A DNA stretch of 63,610 bases, counting the filler, from Collodictyon triciliatum (Eukaryota): NCBI GenBank assembly GCA_043381765.1. It is 5 parts of 5 records of this genome, joined end to end, with 100 filler letters (N's around TTAATTAATTAA, not from the genome) between each part and the next. Parts side by side here need not be neighbours in the genome. Positions count along the whole stretch, not along the records: positions 51,593 to 56,508 come from JBHJMP010001594.1; positions 56,609 to 63,610 come from JBHJMP010001601.1; 3 more parts are not named here. One strand, 5' to 3'. How positions within the stretch are numbered: the first letter of the stretch is position 1; each line of letters starts with the position of its first letter. Below are positions 54,041 to 63,610 of this stretch, in pieces. The position numbers and the translations under genes are program-made. The notes below the pieces were generated by a model. It was not told where the DNA came from. It did no database searches and saw only the letters and a program-made list of their open reading frames with translations.

Positions 54041-56508
54041 GCCAACAGCTTCTATATCTCCCCCTGAGAAGCGGCCTCTGCTCGGCGGGTGCTCTTTACG
54101 CTGGGACAGATTTTGAGAAGCCTGGGTGTCATGAGCCACATATTTCATACGTCAAGGATGATACTGTATTTTTTATCTTTCTTTCCCCCAGAAACAGGCA
54201 AAAGACCAAGGTTATCGAGTTTCTAGCTCGGATACACAGCATCCACAAATGAAGCGGCACCCCACATCCCCTTCTGCAAGCCAGAAAAAACCCAAGAAAG
54301 ACAAGATAGCTCATATTATCTGAATTCTGCTCGCACTCAAGGCACTGTAGACCGGACAAACAATGGCCGCGAGAACTGCACCCTTGCAAACGAAAGAAGA
54401 CGCAAGGCTGGGTGAGGCACCAGATTCGCTGCAGTCATCTTACCGTCATGCCATCACACCATCACACCATCACACCATCACGGGATTATTTGGCTTCTAC
54501 AATCATAAGAGGCCTGGCTTCCTGTGCATGAGCATCGTTGCGTGTGTGATATTTGAGGAATGCGCTCTTTTTGCTGTGGTTCTCAAGCAAGTACAGTTTC
54601 CGCCTTTTTTCCAGGCTGCAGTCCCAGCCACAAACCAACCAACCAAGAAAAAGCAGCGACGCGACTTTGTGATTCCGGTTCAAGAGGCTTCGACCAACGC
54701 ACCAGATTTGATACAGTGCGCGTGCGCTTAGCCTCATTTGTAAATACATTTCCACATATGGATTGATTAAGTTTCTTTATTTCCGAAAACAGAACCCTCT
54801 TGCTTATTTTGGTGTGCGGTGTAAATATTCTGTAATTTTAGTATGGTATGATAATATATCCAGCGCTAGGCAACCCAGCCAAGCGAGATTGTTTTGCGTT
54901 CCGTTCTTTGTTACCATACAACACAACCTCGGGTTTGCGATGATAGTTTATCCTTGTATCTCTTTGCGCAAGATTAATGAAAATACTATACATCCACCGA
55001 GGAAGAGTTCTTTCTGTCTGGTGCTGAATATCCCCCAGATGCCCCGGCCTCTCATGCCACAATTAGAAACCAAGAGCAAACAAGTAACAGCTTCATGTAT
55101 TAGTGCCCCAGTCATGAAGGCGGATTCCCTACACAACCCATATAAAGCATCTCAGTGACTGAAGGTCGGCCAAAGACAAGATCCCCTACATCCTGCGCAA
55201 AACTGAAAGGAATAATTAAAAAAAATCTCATTGACTGAAGGTCATTCTGGTTGTGGATAATCGGCGACGAAAACTGACACTTATGCATCAAAACAAAGTA
55301 TTCCAGTTAAAAAAAAAAGTCAGCCTCGCAAGATTCCCAGAGAGGGCAGGTGCATAAAATACCGATGGATAATTGACCCGTCCTTTAGTATAAGAGGGGA
55401 AACAAAGGCTCTCCTTCGAAACAATTCCTCTCGATGGTGTTTCCACCCGCCTTTAGTGCCGATTTCTACCTTCGAAGGACATGCTTTAGTAGGCTACGCT
55501 CAAAGAGTGCGGTGAAGGCGTCAGTGTTAACTGCACAGGGTTTGTTAAAAACTATAAAACTTTCTGCTGCTTCGGCTCCCATTCCCGGTAACAGGCTGGG
55601 TGATATCATAGAAATCTCTTTCCTCAATGGCTTTCTTCGTGTCCTTCATCAATCAGCTTTACGAGAAGAGGCACGCGGAAGGAGACTGAATATGAGACCA
55701 AACCTCACCTTACCTCCCACGCATAAACAAGACTCAGGGCACAGCCTAAACCACAGGATTGATTCATGATACCTGACCGCTCCTTTTCCATCTCGCTCTC
55801 ATGTTACGTGCCAGCAAACGAAAACTAGCGAATCAAGACGGAGCCTCCTTCCGCACAAGACAAAATAAAGGCGAAGACAAAAACAAGGACAATCGCGATG
55901 GCAAATGAATAATTTACGAATTAGATAAATTTGAGCGTACACCCTTATATTTTTTTCTTTTTCTTCTTTTCTTTTACTTCTTTCCTTCTTTTTTCTTCTT
56001 TTTTCTTCTTTTTTCTTCTTCTTTTCTTCTTTTTTCTTCTTTTTTCTTCTTCTTTTCTTCTTTTTCTTCTTTTTCTTCTTTTTCTTCTTTTTCTTCTTTT
56101 TTTCTTCTTTTTTTCTTCTTTTTTTTCTTCTTTTTTTTCTTCTTTTCCTGTTCATTTTTCTTCATTTTCTTCATTTTTCTTTATCGCTGGGTTAGAAGGT
56201 AGTGGTCGAGGAAGCAGAGTGGACGAATCATTAATACGAATACATGATTCGAAAGTGAACACACAAATGGACTTTGGTGCTGAGGAGCCACCCCACACAG
56301 CCCCCGCAGAGCGCTTCCAACCATCTATTGCCGATGACTGTATTCATAGACAGCGAGTTTGGCAGGCGCAGTTTTTTGTTTTTTTTGTTTTTTTGTTTGT
56401 TTTTTGTTTGTTTTTTGTTTTTTGTTTGTTTTTTGTTTGTTTTTTGTTTGTTTTTTGTTTGTTTTTTGTTTGTTTTTTGTTTGTTTTTTGTTTGTTTTTT
56501 GTTTGTTT

Positions 56509-56608
56509 NNNNNNNNNNNNNNNNNNNNNNNNNNNNNNNNNNNNNNNNNNNNTTAATTAATTAANNNNNNNNNNNNNNNNNNNNNNNNNNNNNNNNNNNN
56601 NNNNNNNN
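56509..56608. other. Artificial contig-joining linker
   Basis: TTAATTAATTAA at 56553-56564 within Ns. Confidence 0.97.
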
Positions 56609-56680
<72 letters not shown>

Positions 56681-56774
56681 AACCATGTTTGAGACATGAC
56701 ATGATGACTTTTTATCTCTATGATTTTTCGATTCTTTTTGTCCCGAGAAGAACGCTCTCGGTTGATTGGAATGT

Positions 56775-58292
56775 CTCATTATTGCCGTACTTGGCGAAGC
56801 AAATGTTAACAGCTTATCATAATAACATTAAGGAGCATTTTGTAAAGAGGTTAATGCGCTTTATAAACCAAACGGCTCCTCAAGATGAGAATATGACGGA
56901 AGCTATTAAAAAGACAGAGTTATGAAAGTTAAAAAAAAAAGCCATCTTCAAGAAACCCGAAATACCGGAGCAATATCAAGAATGGGCTATAACGCATTTG
57001 CATCGTATCACTCCCAGCGATATTGTAAATGGTATCGAATATGACGGCAAAGTCAATCCAAATAAGTACATTCCATGTCTAATATACATGAATCGCATTT
57101 TTGGGACATTGGAACCAAACTTTTTCAACCAATCTCTAAAAGAATTACCAATATATCATATCATATCATATCATATCATATCATATCATATTACTCTAGA
57201 TACTGCACGTTTGATAGATATATTAGTATTGTCTGGAAAAACATCGTTAATGAAGAATATATCAGGATGCAAAGAGACACTATGGGATGATTATTTTTAA
57301 ATGAAGAAGAGTGTCCTTCATCAAAGAGACTACAATTTCAAATACATGATACAAACAGACGGCTTGGCGGGATTATTATTGTTTGAAAAGGAAGGGATTT
57401 CAAATTTCAAATTCCTATTTAATAAAAAAAAGACCCAATATATATATGAACTTTCCGAAGAGCAGCTATCTTTATTAGCGAAAAAAATAAAAAGTTGGAG
57501 CGGACGCAGGCTAGTTTAATTTGGTTTACATGGTGGATGAGACAGTAAGAAATTACGTTACACAGCACACCAAACAAGACATGATAGCAAATCTCTTAAA
57601 AATAATAAAATACTCTTGCGCGAGAAAAAAAAAAAGTACAATGCTTCAGGGATATACATGGCAACGGGTTTACAAAGTGCTGTTTCTTTTGGTATCAGGA
57701 CTTTTGAAGAGAATCAGCAGTTTGAGACATCAAGAGCATCTTTAATCGATTTAGAGACAGAACTGAGTAAACAACGTTCATGCACGGTCGATTATGGAAA
57801 ATTTAGAGAATATGTATCAATGAAATCAAGATACCACATAGAATTATCACGATTTTATGAAGTGACTTTTTGAAAGATGAGATGGAGACAGTATGTTAAT
57901 ACAAAAAGAAGTGAACAGTTGTTTATGAACTGAATCGAAAAGACATTTGGCAAGGACGTTGTACTGGCGTATGGAGACTGGAGCAGAAAATTTTCGATGA
58001 AGCATTTCATGGCAACAATCGGAAGAGGGTTATAAAAAAATACCATCCAAACATTTTGAAACAGTTAGTGTAAACGAATTTAGAACATCCAAGATATGCT
58101 GCAACTGCGAAAAAGAACTGGAATAAAGGAAACTGAAAGGAAATTAAAAAAGTGTATAGATGTCTCATATGTAAAGAATGCAATCGGTCAGAAAGCAAAC
58201 AAAGTGTATTCTTGACAAGAGACTTTAACAGCGCTAATAGCATACTCAAGAAAGTTGTTTTAATCCTTCGAAAAATATGCACCTTCCTCTAA
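56775..58292 (+). pseudogene. Fanzor (Fanzor1-like, TnpB-related RuvC nuclease) pseudogene, 5' truncated, with multiple stops and frameshifts
   Basis: Stitched translation: YHNNIKEHFVKRLMRFIN, KLFQPIS, HITLDT, MIQTDG, RuvC-I VGADAG*FNLVYM (D at 57503), LRYTAHQ, ETELS, LAYGDWS, VNEFRTSKICCNC (E at 58076), CLICKEC, RuvC-III TRDFNSA (D at 58221). Confidence 0.88.
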
Positions 58293-58420
58293 AAAACAGA
58301 CTGTCGGGTCTTTCCTGGCAGGCTTCATCACTACACAATCCTTGTGAAACAAGTGGTGAGACATTGGATACTAGTGCACCAGGTTTACCAATCGAAAGAT
58401 TTTATCATCCTTTTAGTCAA
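58293..58420 (+). ncRNA. Candidate Fanzor omegaRNA scaffold / element right end
   Basis: Lies directly 3' of the ORF. Nested stems: CCTGG(58314)/CCAGG(58379), TCACTA/TGGTGA, CTTGT-GAA-ACAAG, CATTGG-ATA-CTAGTG, and AATC-GAAA-GATT. Confidence 0.5.
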
Positions 58421-58794
58421 GTATAAGGGAAATAAGGATATGACCTAAAAAATGAAACGAAAAGAAATGAGAAAGAAAATGAAGAAAAAAAGAAGCAGAA
58501 GAAATATTGTCAGAGGAGGAAAGATTTTTCTGCTATGGGCATTTATGGCTTATGACTATTTCTTCATAAACTTATTGGTAATCGCTTCTCTTTGTTGCTC
58601 GTTAAATACGACTGTGAATGATATTAAATTATTCTAAATACTAAGAATAATTTAATATCACTTTAATTGGACCTGGGTGCAGAGCATTCCATGCATCCAG
58701 ACTGCAAACAAATCACTCTAATAGTTTTCAGAATTTGTCCCCTTCTTCACTTCTTTATAGCCATACAACAACCAAGAGATGAGCTAATCCAGCC

Positions 58795-61045
58795 TTAGTC
58801 ACAATCTATCTTGTGCGGGTATTGCATGATGAGGTTGTCCGACCCAGTCTACTTTTTGGATGAATAATATTATTTGTTTCTTTTTTTTGTCTTCGTTTTT
58901 ATTTAACTTTTGCTTTCATTCTCATTCCTGTAATGAGTATTTTTTTTCTTTTTTAGTGATATCTTTTTTCGTTTTGCGTATTCTTTGTTGTTTACTGGGC
59001 AAGGATTGAAGAGAAAAATGGATCGAGCGATTGCTTTACATCCGGCGGCATAGAGGACAGGAAGGAACAGAGATCGCCACAAAGCTCGCTTAGCCTAATT
59101 GCGGTGATTTAGAGGGCATGTATCTTTACAAGATGTGCAGGAATCTAAATGAGACGAGATATGACATGATAATGCGATAACGCAAATTGCAATTGAATGT
59201 CTCGTCTCACCAGCGGCACTGCTCCTCGGTTAGCGATGGTGAGTTTGGAGCTTCCAATGCAGCTTTGATTTCCTCAAATCGCTGTTCGATGCGTTTTTTG
59301 AATGGAACCGATACTGTTCCAATCTGATTCAGTGATTGCTATGCAAAAGAGGGGTAGAATGGGGAAGGAAGGGGATAAAAGAGAAGAATCACTCTTGGGC
59401 TTCATATACCACCTCGATGAGTATATGTATAAAAAGTAGAAGTATATGTACAATACGTTATTATCCATACTAGTTGAGCGGGACTGGGTTTTATGGCTTA
59501 CATAGAGAAGTGCGACCTGGTGAGCGAGATATTTGTGGACTCGTGCAGTAATATCGCGTTGTATTTGCACAGACATAGACCAGACTTGATTGTAGTGAGC
59601 TACGGTTTGTACGTAATCTAAAGGTTTTAAGACTGATTGAGTTTATTATAGTTTACAGAAATTAATAGAGCACTCTATAAAGAAAAAGAAAAATCCTGAT
59701 AAAAAGTAAATGGAGAGTGTCAATAAAGGATTCTTAATATATATATAACAATTTTTCAAGTTCATCAAAAGTTTCCTTAGCTTTTTGTTTTGTTTTGTTT
59801 TGTTTTGTTTTGTTTTGTAAATCTAAATATTAAAAAAATAAATCAATTCGAAACCTCTCAGATCGGTGGTTGTTTCCTTTTGGATAGAGACAGACAATCC
59901 AAACTGCTCAGCAGTAAGAGGAAAATGTCCCTCGAGTGACCGGGATTGAATAAAAGACTGCCAGAAGGAAAATGAGAAATTAGAAATTAGAAATTAGAAT
60001 AAAGGGAAATAAAATCTATTTAATCGGGTGAAAAAGAACATCTAAACATTATTCACAACAGCTGGATTTTTTGTTTTTCAAAAATAATAATAATAAAGGG
60101 CTGCATATTGTGTTGATCATATGTAATACATAAATGGTAGATCATACATAGTGCTCTCCGTCGATAGAATATGAATACAAACACCATGGATAAGTATGAT
60201 TCCATGACTTACCTCAATATCGAGTGATGAATCATATATTTGCAAGGATTGCTCTAGTTGTGAGATAATTGCATTTAGAGTAGCGTTTGCTGACCACTGT
60301 GGCTGGGGATATGTACGATCATCCTGCGTGCATTTGAAGTGAATGACATGCTTGGGAAAGCATGATGAGGAAAATACCAAGACAAAAAAAATCATGGGTA
60401 TCCTTTTGGGAGATCAATTCAATACTATTAACCCCTAGACGAAGAGGAGCTGTTATGCTAGACTCATTTAAAAACGAGATAAAATATTTGAAGATCGACC
60501 AATTGTTTTTTTCATGGATATATTTTATGACAGGATTAAAACAAAATATGCAATTGAAACCCGTACAAGTTGCTTCTTCTCCAGGAGAAATTCGTGCTGA
60601 GAAAGAAGAGAGAGCAGTTGCTGGGGAAGGAAAGAGTGGGCAGAAGACGCGGCTCCATGTAAAGGGAAATCAAGCTGGACTTCGACTGCTCATGGCAAGC
60701 CATATTACATATGTTTAAAATATGTAAATGAAAGGGGAAAATGATTCTTGCTTGGGCAGCGGTCTGAGTATTTGAGTTTGCTCAGACTTAAGATAAAAAA
60801 AAGCAAAAAAAAAAAAAAGTTCGCAACAGGGGCAAAGGACACAAAAGAACTGAAATAGAAATATTGACAAGAAATAAAGACAGCTTTCTTCTAGGAACGA
60901 GGCCTCTCTAGATGTACGGCAAACAAGAAGCCTTGAAAGGGGAACAGAGCACCAGGCAACAGGACACATAGCACCTACCTTTAAATAATTGTTGATCGGG
61001 TCCAGGAAGAGGCTCAAAGAGAGGCTGTGTGTTCCTGAAGCTCAT
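58795..61045 (-). CDS. Hypothetical protein, ~9 exons
   Basis: A phase-consistent GT-AG exon chain runs from MSFRNTQPLFEPLPG to ...QYPHKIDCD*; no family recognised. Confidence 0.55.
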
Positions 61046-62247
61046 CCTAACACGTTCACTTAGTTCAGCTTGTGGAGAGTCCACCAGGTTGTTCGCTGCC
61101 CTTTGGCATTGTTCGAAGGTGTGCCTTTACCCTGCTCGCCTCCGAACAGATTAGAAAGGCAGCGCATCTCCCGCAGCCGAAAAAAAAGTTTGCTATTTTC
61201 CACAAATAATAAATCATGTGTGGAAACTACACTATTTAAGTTTATAGTATCTAAAAACTGGAAATTTTAATGTTTATAACTGCAATTATTATTATTAATA
61301 CAATATTGTATATAGATCTAACTGAAATGATCGCATGGCCTTCCTTAGATTGCGTTTGCATTTATCCGCACAATGTTTTGTGCAAAATGGAAAATACCAT
61401 ACTAACCTGGAATGAAGCCAAAACTGGAAATTATAATCCACCATTGCACCGGCAAACGACGGCTCAATCTGGCCAAGGCCAACAGCATCAAGGGAGAAAA
61501 GCAGAGAAAGCGGCAGTGCGATGAGCACCTGGTTACAAGATGCGAAGGGCTGGACTCTTGCAAGGCCGATCCGAGCCAGTATTGTTGGGCACATATAATA
61601 TTTTAATTGACAAACTTGTAAACGGCAATATGATGATCAAGAAAAGAGGTGTGAAGGAAGGCCACATTATTTTTGGTGTGCCTCAGAGTTCGCCCTCCGT
61701 GGCGGTCGGCTGTGTTGTGTTGATGCGTTGCTGGCAGGCTGAATCTCAGCCCGTATAATCATTGGCGAGCACGATAAGCTTAGGATAAATAAAGTATATC
61801 GATGCAGCGGTAGTTAAGGCAGATCCGGAGAGCCTGATCGGTGTAATATCACGAGCTTCCGAAACGGCCATACGGCTCTCTTTTTATTATTATTTTTTTT
61901 TTAAAAAAAAAACCCGGCAAAACACGAAACAAAAACAAGTGGATGGTCTGTTATATGTATTTTAGTATTTTTCTTTCGTACTCTCCTTTTCCCCTGCTCG
62001 TTTAAACACACATGTTTATGTGACCTATAATTACTTTGGAAACGTTGGGGCCTTTCATCAAGAGCACATGCAACTCCCATATTTGACAAGGCACTCGCCC
62101 ATCAAAACTGTCCCGTTCAGTTTAACAATCGTTTCGCTCGGTTTATACATATCTACATTCGATGAGGCCCCTATTCTGCTCTTCTACTGACACGGTTTTT
62201 GGTGACCCCCAATTCCTGGACTAATTAATCTCCTTGTATGCAGAAAA

Positions 62248-63431
62248 ATGGAGAAGGTGCAAACGATTGTTGCAAACACATCACAATTGTCTGTTGTGAT
62301 ATCTTCTATGATGTTGGCTTCACACATACTCGGTTCCGTATATCCCTTTTTCATCTCTGTAATTGCACTGGCACCTGCATAGTAAGTAATCTTCCTTTTT
62401 TTTTTCTTACATGTTGCTCAAAAGTTGAACGATTATTTTACCAATCTACTCATACTCCCACCATACTATCGAACTAGTACGATGGGTGTCCAGCACTATT
62501 TCATTTGGAACATATTTACAGCTGCAATATACGAGCAAAACACGATAATTGTATCTATTTTTTTTCGTATTTCGTCGCAACATACTTCAGATATATAACC
62601 TGCCAAAGTTTTTCTGATTACCATGATTTATGAAAGAAAAAAAGAATACGTGAAAACAATGAAATTTTAATCATTATAGCCATCGTTATCTTATTTACAA
62701 GACATACTTTTCCTAGAGTTTATCTAATATAAGTATTACAGCATATACAACCCACGATGTATACTATAGGTTCTTCTAAATATCACGATTGTTATCACAT
62801 TTGGCTACTTCTCCAAAACATTCTGGACTCAGACAGAAGCGTTGAAATTCTACATTGTTGTAAACATCATCACTGGAATCTCAGCTTTTGCCAGTTACAT
62901 TTTTTTGTATGCAGTAAAGCACGACGAAGCATACTTGTATGTACCAATATTGTTTCATATAAATATTGACTTTTCCTAGAAATTGTCCTATAAAAATTCA
63001 TATTAGAACGATTCTTGCTTATTTACTGGGTTTTAATCATGATATAAGGTTTCAGCCGGCTTACGGATATTATGGAATTATCGGGGCATACTCTGTTGTA
63101 CTGAAGCAAAAGTGCCCTGAAATGGAGATATTCCACTTCCCACTGAAAGTAACAAAATTATTCATGTGATGAATTTCATGTCTATTTTACTGTGCTTCAT
63201 TCAATATCCAGTTACCCCATTTTCCTTTAGTACCTGCCCACCATCTACGCGGGGGTGTTTCTCCTCGTGCCGCAGTATTTGCCCGCTGGAACAAATATGA
63301 TTTTTGGCGTGTTTGGGACCTTCTACGGATGGTTCTACCTGAGATTCTACCAGAAGCATGATAATGGGTCACCTAGGGGCGACCAGAGCGATCAATTCGG
63401 ATTCCACACATTCTTCCCTCCAATTTTGCAG
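62248..63431 (+). CDS. TMEM115: TMEM115 (rhomboid-like Golgi membrane protein), 3' truncated
   Basis: IWNIFTAAIYEQ, YGIIGAYSVVLKQKCPE, and WFYLRFYQKHDNGSPRGDQSDQFGFHTFFP. Confidence 0.88.
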
Positions 63432-63528
63432 TATGCCTCATCTATTGGAGCCAAACTAAAAGAGACGCACTGCAATGAAAGCACATCCACATTATTTCCA
63501 TCTCATTTCTCTCTCACTCTCCCTCTCT

Positions 63529-63577
<49 letters not shown>

Positions 63578-63610
63578 CTTTCCTCTTTTTTTTTTTTTTT
63601 TCATTTTCTT

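Noticed and set aside
54200-56370. Short ORFs in the fourth contig
   Set aside because: No recognisable motif and no consistent exon chain.
56923-58035. Stop-codon reassignment suggested by in-frame stops
   Set aside because: The stops are confined to the frameshifted Fanzor relic; host genes read normally in the standard code.

Overview
This is intron-rich eukaryotic DNA, probably from a ciliated/flagellated protist (inferred from BROMI and a FAM166-like fragment), read with the standard genetic code. The window is not one locus. Four artificial N-TTAATTAATTAA-N linkers join five separate scaffolds: 1-17060, 17161-32880, 32981-51492, 51593-56508 and 56609-63610. Recognisable genes are a multi-exon LRR + polycystin/TRP-type channel, an adjacent intronless 1890-aa NACHT-pentapeptide-WD40 (NLR-like) protein, a GC-rich coiled-coil gene, a secreted MABP-like fragment, a BRCT protein, a divergent SUN-domain protein, an HbrB/Protor-like protein, CSE1, XPD/ERCC2, a CNBD (CNG/HCN-like) channel, TBC1D32/BROMI and TMEM115. 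Two results stand out. The first is a decayed Fanzor (eukaryotic TnpB-like RNA-guided nuclease) with a structured candidate omegaRNA downstream. The second is the tandem NLR-like gene plus a chimeric cytosolic-LRR TRP channel, a candidate protist immune sensor/effector locus. All calls come from reading motifs by eye; exon boundaries are manual and approximate, and no searches were run.
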